Below, in pieces: positions 28,858 to 37,800 of a stretch of 64,000 nucleotides of DNA (the stretch's first letter is position 1; each line of letters begins with the position of its first letter). Source of the stretch: Selenomonadaceae bacterium (lineage in GTDB: Bacteria > Bacillota > Negativicutes > Selenomonadales > Selenomonadaceae); NCBI GenBank assembly GCA_017518105.1, contig JAFWWC010000020.1:2056-66055 (forward strand), written 5' to 3'. The notes under the pieces were generated by a model. That model was not told the DNA's origin, made no database searches, and worked only from the letters and a program-made list of their open reading frames with translations. The position numbers and the translations under genes were made by a program.

Positions 28858-29945
28858 AGATAATCGTATCGGGCGGCGGCACGGGCGGACACATTTACCC
28901 CGCGCTCACGCTCATAGACGCAATTAAATCGAAACGCCCCGAAGCTGACTTCCTCTACGTCGGCACGGAAAAAGGTTTGGAGGCGGACATCGTCCCGAAG
29001 GCGGGCATAAACTTTACCGCGCTTGACTTGGAGGGCGGCTTTGAACGTCGTTTTACCTTGGAAAACATTACCCGCGCCGCCAATGCCCTTTGGAGCGTCA
29101 AGCGTGCGGGCGACATCGTTAAAGACTTCAAACCAAATGCGGTCGTCGGGACGGGCGGTTATGTCTGCGGACCGATTCTCCTTGCCGCAAGCCTTATGAA
29201 GGTTCCGACGCTGATTCAAGAGCAAAACGCAGTCGCGGGCGTCACGAATAAAATCCTGTCAAAGTTCGTGGACAAGATAGCCGTTGGAACTCGCGACGCC
29301 TTGAAGAACTTTCCACGCGATAAGACGACTTACACGGGCAATCCGATTCGCAAAGAAGTCCTCGCGGCTAAGAGGGCTGACGGGCTACGCGAATTCAACT
29401 TCACGGACGATTTGCCGATTGTTTTAATCTCCGGCGGCTCGCGTGGCGCACGCAGTATCAACGACGCAATGATTGACGTTTTAAAATCGGAGGCGGGGAA
29501 GAATTCTGCGCAATTCCTGCACGTGACTGGCAAAGGCGAATTCGATTCTGTCATGAAGAGACTAGCCGACCTCGACGCGCCAAATATAAAAGTCGTGCCT
29601 TACCTGTACAACATGCCTCAAGCTATGGCGATGGCTGATTTGGCAATCTTCAGGGCGGGTGCAACTGGACTTGCCGAGCTGACTGCGCGAGGCGTCCCGG
29701 CGATTTTGATTCCGTATCCATTCGCGGCGGAGAATCATCAAGAATTCAACGCACGAGCATTAGTCGAGGTGGGCGCGGCTCGCATGATTCTTAACAAAGA
29801 CTTGACGGCTCCGCTTTTGCAAAAAAATCTCGACGAGCTGTTATCCTCGCCGCAAACGCTAAAGGACATGTTAGCGGCAAGCTTATCACTCGGCAAACCC
29901 GACGCCGCAGACGAAATCGCGGACTTGATTTTAAGTTTGATTTAG
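28854..29945 (+). CDS. murG: UDP-N-acetylglucosamine--N-acetylmuramyl-(pentapeptide) pyrophosphoryl-undecaprenol GlcNAc transferase MurG
   Basis: SGGGTGGHIYPAL, GTGGYV, ISGGSRGA and ENHQEFNA motifs. Confidence 0.9.
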   Translation: MKIIVSGGGTGGHIYPALTLIDAIKSKRPEADFLYVGTEKGLEADIVPKAGINFTALDLEGGFERRFTLENITRAANALWSVKRAGDIVKDFKPNAVVGTGGYVCGPILLAASLMKVPTLIQEQNAVAGVTNKILSKFVDKIAVGTRDALKNFPRDKTTYTGNPIRKEVLAAKRADGLREFNFTDDLPIVLISGGSRGARSINDAMIDVLKSEAGKNSAQFLHVTGKGEFDSVMKRLADLDAPNIKVVPYLYNMPQAMAMADLAIFRAGATGLAELTARGVPAILIPYPFAAENHQEFNARALVEVGAARMILNKDLTAPLLQKNLDELLSSPQTLKDMLAASLSLGKPDAADEIADLILSLI

Positions 29946-29956
29946 GAGGATTAATC

Positions 29957-30241
29957 ATGGCTGATAAAATTACTGTGAGCATTGAACTCGACGCCGATAT
30001 TAAAGCGGCTGCCGAGAAACTCTATCGCAAAATCGATTTGACGCTTGAAGAGGCTATCCCGCTCTTGGTCAAGTACAACGTCGAACAGGAAGAAGGCGCA
30101 ATCCCTAATCGGAAGCCCGCAATGGAAAAAAATTCCGCGTTCGGGGCGTTGTCGGAATATGCTAACCCCGCTTTGATTCCTTTTGAAGACGGCGCATTGG
30201 AAAGGGCTATGGTGAAACGCTATGAACAAGCTTTGGGTTGA
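29957..30241 (+). CDS. Type II antitoxin (RelB/DinJ-like N-terminus), partner of the downstream PIN toxin
   Basis: 94 aa. ITVSIELDADIKAAAEKLYRKIDLTLEEAIPLLVKY resembles the DinJ/RelB ribbon-helix-helix N-terminus. Overlaps the toxin gene by 20 nt. Confidence 0.6.
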   Translation: MADKITVSIELDADIKAAAEKLYRKIDLTLEEAIPLLVKYNVEQEEGAIPNRKPAMEKNSAFGALSEYANPALIPFEDGALERAMVKRYEQALG

Positions 30242-30593
30242 TACAAACGTTGTATTGCGCTATCTTTTGCGTGACAACGAGGAGCACGCGCAAGTTGCTA
30301 AGGAATTGATTGAGGGCGGCGCATTTCTTCTTCCCGAAGTGCTTATGGAAACGTCGCATGTCTTGCGTAGCTTTTATGAGGTTGATAGACAAAATATCGC
30401 TACGCAACTTTTAATCGTCTTGGATTGGGTCGAAATGGAACGCAAAGCCGTGATGATTCGTGCGGTAGAAATTTTCGCTAAGACAAAGTTGGACTTCGTT
30501 GACTGCATACTCGTCGCGTATCACGAATTGGAAAATGTCGAGGTCTTTACCTTTGACAGGAAACTGAATAAACAACTTAAGCAGGAGGATTAA
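30222..30593 (+). CDS. vapC: PIN-domain toxin (VapC-like)
   Basis: Acidic quartet in the expected order: VDTNV, PEVLME, DFVDCIL and TFD. 123 aa. Confidence 0.75.
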   Translation: MNKLWVDTNVVLRYLLRDNEEHAQVAKELIEGGAFLLPEVLMETSHVLRSFYEVDRQNIATQLLIVLDWVEMERKAVMIRAVEIFAKTKLDFVDCILVAYHELENVEVFTFDRKLNKQLKQED

Positions 30594-30597
30594 AGCT

Positions 30598-32919
30598 TTG
30601 AAACTTGACGGCTTGAAAAAACTTCACTTTATAGGAATTGGCGGCGTGGGTATGAGTGCCCTCGCTAAAATTTTGATTGAGCAAGGTTACGAGATAAGCG
30701 GCTCGGACGCTAAAGACTCGCCGACGCTTTACATGCTTAAAAGTCTCGGCGCAAGGATTTTCGTCGGGCACAAGGCTAAAAATATTCTCGACGAGGCGGG
30801 CAATCCCGTCGATGCTATCGTTTGCTCGTCGGCTATCCCTACGGACAATCCCGAAGTCATCGCGGCGGGCAAATTCAAGATTCCTAAGCTCCACCGCTCC
30901 GACATCAACGCTTTCCTAGTCAATTCGCACAAAGGGATTGCAATCGCCGGTTCGCACGGCAAAACTACTACGACTTCAATGATTGGTTACGTCCTGCACT
31001 ACGCGAGCATTGACCCGACGATTATTATTGGCGGCGAATCAACCGATTTGGGCACGGGAGCTATCCTCGGCAAAAGTGATTGGCTTGTAACCGAGGCTGA
31101 CGAAAGCGACGGCTCATTTGTCACGTTGAAGCCCGCAATCGCAGTTGTCACGAACGTTGAGGACGACCACCTCGACCATTATGGCACGATGGATAGGATT
31201 CGCGCCGCGTTTAAGATTTTTATCGAGAATATCGACCGCAAATCGGGCGTGGCAGTCCTTTGCTTCGACAATGACAACCTGCGCGAGCTTGCTAAGGACA
31301 TTGACCGCAAAATTATTTCCTACGCGATTGATAACCCCGCCGACTTTACGGCAAAGAACATTCGCACGACGATTAAGGGCGTGGCGTTTGAAGTTGTGCA
31401 CGGCGAAGAGACGCTTGGCAAAGTTCAGCTGGCGATTCACGGGCGGCACAACGTCCTTAACGCTTTGGCGACGATTGCCACGGCTCTTGAGGTCGGTTTG
31501 AGTTTTAATCAGATTGCCGAGGGCTTAAGCAACTTTCACGGGGCTAAAAGGCGTTTCCAAACCAAAGGACGCGTCAGAAATATTTTAATCGTCGACGATT
31601 ACGCCCATCACCCCACGGAGATTGCCGCGACACTCAAAGCCGCCCGCGAAACTAAGCCGCATAAAGTCATTTGCATTTTCCAGCCCCACAGATACAGCCG
31701 CACGCAACTTTTGCTTAAGGAATTCGGCGGCGCGTTCAAAGAGGCTGACCTTTTAATCTTGACGGACGTTTACTCGGCGGGCGAAGAAAAAATTTCGGGC
31801 GTCAGTGGCGAATCAATCCTCCAAGAAGTCCTAAGCACGACCAATCAAGCCGTCTCATACATTCCCAAACGCGAAGACATTGCCGCCGCTATCAAAGACC
31901 AACTTTCCGCCGGCGATTTGGTTATCACTATGGGCGCGGGCGATATTTACAAGACTGGCGAAGAACTTTTGAACATGCTCAAGGATTTGCGCGAGAAAAA
32001 AATTGTCGTCGTATGTGGCGGCACGTCCACCGAGGCTGAAGTCTCCAGACGCACCGGCAAGGCGATTTTTGACGCGCTAAGCTCCAAAAATTACGACGTT
32101 GAACTTATGGAACTCAATCCGCAGACTTTTGCCGCTACGATTCGCGCTAAGGATTGCGGAATTGTTTTTAACGCGATTCACGGCAAATACGGCGAGGACG
32201 GACTGATTCAAGGGACGCTCGACATGTTGAAGATTCCTTACACCGGTTCTGGAGTGCTTGCCGCCGCTTTGACTATGGATAAGGTCGCCACGAAACATTT
32301 TCTGAACTCCGCTAACCTCTCTACGCCCAAATTCGCCGTTTATCGTGAAATCGACCGTTCAGAAGACCTCGCCGCCGACATTGAAAACAAATTCGGGCTG
32401 CCCGTCGTCATCAAAGCCGCGTCGCAAGGTTCAAGTATCGGCGTGACTATCGTCGAGAAGCCTTCGGAGATTGCCGAGGCGATTGAAAATGCTTTTACCT
32501 TCGGCGACGAGATTTTAGTTGAGGAATTTATTCGCGGACGCGAGCTGACGGTTGCGGTTATGGGCAATGAGGACGCCGCCGAAGCCCTGCCCGTCATCGA
32601 AATCACCACAACGACCGGTCGCTACGATTATAAATCAAAATATACTAAGGGATTGTCGACGCACATTTGCCCCGCGCCGATTCCAGACAATTTGACCGCC
32701 GAAGTTAAAAAATTAGCCGTCGACGCCTTCAAAATCTGCAAATGCGCCGGCGTCGCCCGCGTTGACCTCATGCTTTCCGAAAATAATATTCCTTACGTCA
32801 TCGAAATTAATTCTGTGCCCGGCATGACTGAAACTTCACTTGTCCCCGACGCCGCTCGCGCTGCTGGCATCGATTTTCCGGAGCTTTGCGAAAAAATTCT
32901 TGCCCTCGCCGAATTCTAA
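30598..32919 (+). CDS. murC-ddl: Fused UDP-N-acetylmuramate--L-alanine ligase (MurC) / D-alanine--D-alanine ligase (Ddl)
   Basis: N-terminal HFIGIGGVGMSALA, GSHGKTTTTSM and DDYAHHPTE (MurC). From about aa 470, KIVVVCGGTSTEAEVS, GEDGLIQG, ATP-grasp and EINSVPGMTETSLVP (Ddl). One uninterrupted 773-codon ORF. Confidence 0.9.
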   Translation: MKLDGLKKLHFIGIGGVGMSALAKILIEQGYEISGSDAKDSPTLYMLKSLGARIFVGHKAKNILDEAGNPVDAIVCSSAIPTDNPEVIAAGKFKIPKLHRSDINAFLVNSHKGIAIAGSHGKTTTTSMIGYVLHYASIDPTIIIGGESTDLGTGAILGKSDWLVTEADESDGSFVTLKPAIAVVTNVEDDHLDHYGTMDRIRAAFKIFIENIDRKSGVAVLCFDNDNLRELAKDIDRKIISYAIDNPADFTAKNIRTTIKGVAFEVVHGEETLGKVQLAIHGRHNVLNALATIATALEVGLSFNQIAEGLSNFHGAKRRFQTKGRVRNILIVDDYAHHPTEIAATLKAARETKPHKVICIFQPHRYSRTQLLLKEFGGAFKEADLLILTDVYSAGEEKISGVSGESILQEVLSTTNQAVSYIPKREDIAAAIKDQLSAGDLVITMGAGDIYKTGEELLNMLKDLREKKIVVVCGGTSTEAEVSRRTGKAIFDALSSKNYDVELMELNPQTFAATIRAKDCGIVFNAIHGKYGEDGLIQGTLDMLKIPYTGSGVLAAALTMDKVATKHFLNSANLSTPKFAVYREIDRSEDLAADIENKFGLPVVIKAASQGSSIGVTIVEKPSEIAEAIENAFTFGDEILVEEFIRGRELTVAVMGNEDAAEALPVIEITTTTGRYDYKSKYTKGLSTHICPAPIPDNLTAEVKKLAVDAFKICKCAGVARVDLMLSENNIPYVIEINSVPGMTETSLVPDAARAAGIDFPELCEKILALAEF

Positions 32920-32930
32920 GCCTTAAACGC

Positions 32931-32972
32931 AAAAAAATTATCCGAGCCTAGAAATTAAGCTCGGATTTTTTT
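32931..32972. terminator. Bidirectional rho-independent terminator
   Basis: AAAAAAA-tt-ATCCGAGC-n11-GCTCGGAT-TTTTTT. Confidence 0.75.
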
Positions 32973-32982
32973 ATTTCCTAAA

Positions 32983-34398
32983 TTATCGCGTCGTATTCGT
33001 TTTGGCGGTGTTTATTTCTTTTCTCATGCGGAAAATCAGCCCGTTGAACTCGTCAGCGCGTTTCTTTATCGCGTCTGCGTATGTTTTGGCGTCCGAAAGG
33101 TATTCCGCGAAGTTTTGCCGCCTCAAGTCCGTAAATCTTTCCATAACTTCATCTGAAATCGCTTTTAACTTTTTTTCCTCTATAAATTCGTTTATCTCGT
33201 CGATTTGAAGGTTAATTATCGGCTCCGACCACTTGATTATAAAGATTTTTTCCTCCGTTTTGCCAGTCGAAAAGATTATGTCCTGCAATTCCCGTTGAAA
33301 TGCGCTTGATAACTTGTTTATTTCGCTCTCTACCTCAAATTTCTCTTGCAATTCGCCGCCTGACATGAATACGAATTTCTGATAGATATTTTTCCGCTCA
33401 TTCAAATAAAATTCGTCTACCTTGTCGCGATATTGGCGCAGAATCGCTACCACTTGCCCTATTTTATCCCCTAAATACCCTTTTAACACGAATTCAAACA
33501 GCGGCAACAATCTTTGTTCTATCAAAATCCTTTTTTTAGCCCATTCGTCGTACCAATTTATAAAAATTTCCTCTTCTATGCTCTCCGAACGGCTTATTGC
33601 TCGCATTTCCTCCCGCAAACTCGTCCGAAATGATTTATATTCCTCGCTGAACGAATTATGCGCCGATATTACGTCCAAAATTATTTTTTTGTGCGCCGTG
33701 AAGAAATTTAGCCGCGTCAACGCGCTTTGAACCAGTTCTACTAGGTTTTCGACCAAAAATCCGAAGCTTGGACGCTCTTCACGCTCCAATTTTGCCATTT
33801 CTCTAAGCGATTCATAGCCCATATTGATTTCTGACAGCTTTTTAAAGAATACTTCTGCCTGTTCCTTGACTAAAAGCATTTCCCGCTTTATTTCTTCCGA
33901 ACCAAACGCTAATTTTCTTACTAAAAACTCCTGCCGAGTCGCCAATAATGTATTTTCTTCGGGTGTGAGGTGCGGATTTTCGATATATTTGGCGTTTAAC
34001 TTTAAAATTGTTCGTGTGAGTTCGCCGATTGACTCTTTTTGCGCCGTTTCTTGACTTTGAATCACGTTTAACAGCTCATCGACTACTTTTTGCGTTGCCT
34101 TGTAGTATTTTATCGGTGATTTTTCGATTTCGGCGACCGCGTAGCCATTTAAAATTGTTTGCGCGTCGATTTCTTGCTTTGGCGGCGTTATTTGCGTGTT
34201 TGACGGTGTGGATTTAGGTTTTTTTTGCATTTCAGGCTTTGAAAAGTGAATTTTAGCAACGTTATACATATAATCACTCATATAAGCATAATTACTAAAA
34301 AACTCAAAGCCAGAATTCTTTAAAAAATCCATAAGAGTCTTTTCAGAGCAGTTTAATTCTTTTGCAACTTCAAAAATACGTTTTTCTTGATAAGCCAA
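32983..34398 (-). CDS. 471-aa helical/coiled-coil protein with an IF2_N-like helix-turn-helix N-terminus, function unknown
   Basis: TTG 34398 sits 8 nt after AAGGAGG. N-terminus (M)AYQEKRIFEVAKELNCSEKTLMDFLKNSGFEF resembles the IF-2 N-terminal domain (RVYELAKELGVSSKELLEKLKELG). The rest is Glu/Lys-rich and helical. The track start 34719 reads through non-coding repeats. Confidence 0.6.
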   Translation of the reverse strand: MAYQEKRIFEVAKELNCSEKTLMDFLKNSGFEFFSNYAYMSDYMYNVAKIHFSKPEMQKKPKSTPSNTQITPPKQEIDAQTILNGYAVAEIEKSPIKYYKATQKVVDELLNVIQSQETAQKESIGELTRTILKLNAKYIENPHLTPEENTLLATRQEFLVRKLAFGSEEIKREMLLVKEQAEVFFKKLSEINMGYESLREMAKLEREERPSFGFLVENLVELVQSALTRLNFFTAHKKIILDVISAHNSFSEEYKSFRTSLREEMRAISRSESIEEEIFINWYDEWAKKRILIEQRLLPLFEFVLKGYLGDKIGQVVAILRQYRDKVDEFYLNERKNIYQKFVFMSGGELQEKFEVESEINKLSSAFQRELQDIIFSTGKTEEKIFIIKWSEPIINLQIDEINEFIEEKKLKAISDEVMERFTDLRRQNFAEYLSDAKTYADAIKKRADEFNGLIFRMRKEINTAKTNTTR

Positions 34399-34435
34399 AG
34401 GATTCAACCTCCTTAAAAATGATTTTTGCTGGAAG

Positions 34436-34464
34436 ATTATAGCATGTAGAAGAAAAATGAGCAA
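34436..34464 (-). promoter_or_regulatory. Sigma-70-type promoter of the 471-aa gene
   Basis: Minus strand TTGCTC (34464-34459), 17 nt spacer, TATAAT (34441-34436) with a TGC extended -10 context. Confidence 0.6.
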
Positions 34465-34492
34465 AGATTTTTTCAAAACGACCTCTGAAGAT

Positions 34493-34620
34493 GATTTTGG
34501 TCTTTGAAAGACGCTTTGAACTGCTTTCATCGGCTTGAAACTGCTTTTGGCGGTTTGAAAACGGTTTTGAGTGCTTGAAAGTGATTTTGGAGCTTTGAAA
34601 CGGGTTTTGAGGTCGATTTG
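34493..34620. repeat. Iteron-like array of about six tandem 19-22-bp direct repeats
   Basis: + strand units: ttgaactgctttcatcggc (34516), ttgaaactgcttttggcggt (34535), ttgaaaacggttttgagtgc (34555), ttgaaagtgattttggagct (34575), ttgaaacgggttttgaggtcga (34595), plus partial units at 34493-34515. Consensus TTGAAA-NNG-NTTTTGR-NNGY. The 20-bp period is not a multiple of 3. Confidence 0.8.
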
Positions 34621-34635
34621 GAGGCTCAAATTACG

Positions 34636-34656
34636 AAATCCTATATATGGGATTTT
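34636..34656. repeat. Palindrome AAATCC-n8-GGATTT (copy 1)
   Basis: aaatcctatatatgggatttt. Confidence 0.8.
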
Positions 34657-34692
34657 GTATCGCGTGATTATGCGTGTTTTTCGGCGATTACA

Positions 34693-34710
34693 AAAATCAG
34701 GGGTGATTTT
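34693..34710. repeat. Palindrome AAAATCA-GGGG-TGATTTT
   Basis: aaaatcaggggtgatttt. 7-bp arms sharing the AAAATC half-site. Confidence 0.8.
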
Positions 34711-34724
34711 GAGGGTCAAAACGG

Positions 34725-34746
34725 AAAATCCAGAATATCGGATTTT
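34725..34746. repeat. Palindrome AAAATCC-n8-GGATTTT (copy 2)
   Basis: aaaatccagaatatcggatttt. Confidence 0.8.
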
Positions 34747-34780
34747 TCAAAAGGCTAAGTGGCGTCATTACGCGAAACAA

Positions 34781-34804
34781 TAAAAAAGCCCCTGTTCAGG
34801 GCTT
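34781..34804 (-). terminator. Rho-independent terminator downstream of the 1230-aa gene
   Basis: Minus strand AAGCCC-tgaacag-GGGCTT-TTTTATT. Confidence 0.65.
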
Positions 34805-34815
34805 GAGAAGGGCTG

Positions 34816-34859
34816 AAAAATCCAGCATACAGGATTTTTATCCGAAATACCGGATTTTT
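34816..34859. repeat. Two adjacent palindromes of the AAAATCC-n-GGATTTT family (copies 3 and 4) directly after the stop of the 1230-aa gene
   Basis: aaaaatccagcatacaggattttt followed by atccgaaataccggattttt. Confidence 0.8.
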
Positions 34860-37800
34860 CAGTTCGCCAAGACGATAACGCCAGAATGCTTGAGATTCCA
34901 AGAATCGCCGCTGACCTCGAAGGTCGCCGCTCGCTCGACACGAATTTTAGAATAAGTGCCGCCGTCGAAATTCGATTCAAAGACCAGCCCAAAAGCGCGT
35001 TCGGCGTGATGATTTTCGGTGTAAGTCTTGAGATTCGGCACGACCGCGAAAATATTTCCGTCGACGTTGCACGCCCAAAAATCGCCGTTCGCTATACCGG
35101 ATTCCGTAAATTTCGGGGCTATTTTCGGGTTATTCATGCGTTCTTCGACATTTGCACAGCTAAAAGCACGTATTTTATAGCGTCTAATGAATTTTTCGCG
35201 GGCTTGACGGGCACTAAACCCGCTCAATTTCTCTAAAGCGTTAAAATCGTTTACAAAATTTTCTCCGATTGAACTTTCAACGCTCGGCGAATTTTTTTCT
35301 GCAGAAATAATTTTTCGAGTCCCTAATTTCTTATTCTTAGTTCCTAAAAACATCTTTAATTCGGAAATAAAAATCGGTTCAACAGACAATTTTTTAACGT
35401 CGCGACCCTTTTTATCAACAAAAAAGTTATTAACATCGCTGATAAGGTCTTCTTCTTCAAAATTAATGCCTTCCGACCAAAGCTTTTGCGAGGAATTAAA
35501 TCTATCGACGAAAATTTTAAATTCGCGAAGACTATTAACCGTGACGCCCTCCGAAATGTCATAAGCACTGATAAACGCGCCCGCCAATTGATTTTCGCTG
35601 TTCTGAACGAAATTTTCGCCCGCCAATACCGCTGAATAAATAATTTCGTCAGATTCGCCGAACATTTCCCGATTTATACGCGCTTCATCGAAAAATTCAG
35701 CGTCATTTGCAGGTTTTTCGACAATCATACCCGCCGCAACCTCGATTTTCGGTTGTTCGCTAAGGTGCAAGTTAAATTTTTTATAGTTTTCTAGTCCAGA
35801 CGCCGCAACAAAGACTTTTTCAAGGACATTTAAATAAATATTGCCGTCAATTTCCGTTCCGCCCGTGAGCCATTTAAAAATTCGTGCGCCATTGCCGCCT
35901 ACGAACAAATGCGGCACCTTTTTTTCCCGATAATGCCCGTAATCATGCAAAATCTTAACTAATTTGCCCAAATAATGAAATAAACCCGCCGTAGCGAACT
36001 GTGAAGCCTGCAAAACGTTTTTTATTTGCTCCGTACCCGTTTTAAACTTCAAATCAGCTAAATATTTCTCGGAATGCTCGCGTAAATCGGCGTCAATTAC
36101 CGCTTGACGTTGCGTTTCGTCGTTAAATTTGCCAGAAATTTTTTCGCCAGCAAAAAGCTCGTAATTATCATAAATCGGCTTAAAAAGTTGTCTTGCGGCG
36201 TATTTAATCGACGTATGATAAATAATTCGAGGTGATTCGCCGCTAATAACGCTAATATCGGTCGTTCCCGCGCCAATATCAACGCAAATTGCACCTTGAG
36301 CGAAATTTCCGCTTTTCCCGTCGAGTTTATTGAAGTGATACGCCGCCGCTTTGCTTTCAGACCAGAAATTTGGCGTATTTTCGACTGATTCGCGGCAAAT
36401 TTCTTGGAAAGAGACCTTTTGAGCCTGCGAAAACGCTGTTGGATAAGAAAAATTCCATTGAATAGCGTTTGCACCGCTCGAAAACGCCTCAACAGCCGCT
36501 TGCAAACAAATTTGTTCGATATAAGCCGCCGTTTTACGTCTTTGGCGGTCATCGTCTTGCCATTTTAAATTTGCGTCAATATTTGCGGCTAATTGCTCGA
36601 AAACTCGCGTATTCTCGGAACTTAATAAAAAAACGTGCCCATCGATTAACGGACGAATATTTTTTGTATTTTCGACGTTAAGCAAGTGGAAAATGCTTAA
36701 AAAAGAACCGTCAGCGCGATTTGGGATTTGCGAAGGGATAAAATTGCGATAAGTTTGAGTTCGTGCGCCGCCTGAAGACGTAATTTGGAATAAATGCGGC
36801 GAAAAATTCAATGGACGCGGCGAATTTTGATTTTCGGCGAAAAAAACCATTGTGGAGCTTGTCCCGAAGTCCACGCCGATTTTCCAAGTCAAATTAGCGT
36901 TGCGTTCGGCGATTTTAGGTTTGTTAAGTAGAATTGCGCCGACTTCAAAGGGATTTTTACCTAAATGAGCGGGCGGATTGTACGTTACGATTAAAATTTC
37001 TGGGAAATTATCAAGCTTAACGGTGAATCTATTCTTTAAAAAGTTTTTATCGTTGTGAGCATAAGGAGTGACAAAATAAATATCTGATGCGGGCAAATCG
37101 TCATCAGACTTATAATTTTCGTAGTAAAGGTAGTAATTTTTCCAATCAGGGCGTTGAAAGTTGGGATAAAGCTCGATAACGGGGACTTCCTGGTCAATAT
37201 AAATTAAATCGCGCTTTGGATAAGTTTTAGACCAACGAAAATCTTTTCCATTGCCATTTACGCCGCTAAGAGGAAAAATAAAGTGCAAATAAAAGTTGTC
37301 GGCGTCATCGGAGATAGAAATTCGATTTGAAAGCTCTTCGGGCGTAAAAATATCCAACAGTTCACGTCTAAGGGGCAGAATCGGCGTTAAATCTTTTTCA
37401 ACGAGCGAATCATAACCTTTAAGCGGCGGAGAGTTCGGAAAGGCGTTTGCAGGTTCGACAACAGCCATTCTGTCATAAAAAAAATCTTCGGGGCGGCGGA
37501 ATTCAGCTCCATTGAGGTTTACGCGCCCAATTTTTTTATTATCGGCTAATTTATCGTTTGAAATTTCATTTGCGCTGATGCCTTGCCAAATGACGAGCCT
37601 TGAAGCGTCGACGCCTTCAAAGCGGGCAAAGTCTCTGACGAATTCGGGAGAAATCAACAGCAAATGCTTTTTATCGTTGAGCAAACGGACGGCGGAATCT
37701 TCAAAGCGAGCTTCGCGCCCTTTAATCGTTTCGTCGAGCAATCTGGTAATCCCAACGTGCAAATTTAAATTCGACGGGACAATTTCAAAGCTGACGGTCG

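Noticed and set aside
34493-34620. Possible CRISPR or other guide-RNA array.
   Set aside because: The repeats are contiguous, with no spacers. They are only about 20 bp long and imperfect, and there are no cas or tas-like genes nearby.
34399-34719. N-terminal 107 aa of the 578-aa track ORF (32983-34719).
   Set aside because: This stretch is made of 20-bp tandem repeats (period not divisible by 3) and palindromes. It contains a good promoter, and a strong AAGGAGG SD sits immediately before an in-frame TTG at 34398. It was treated as non-coding.
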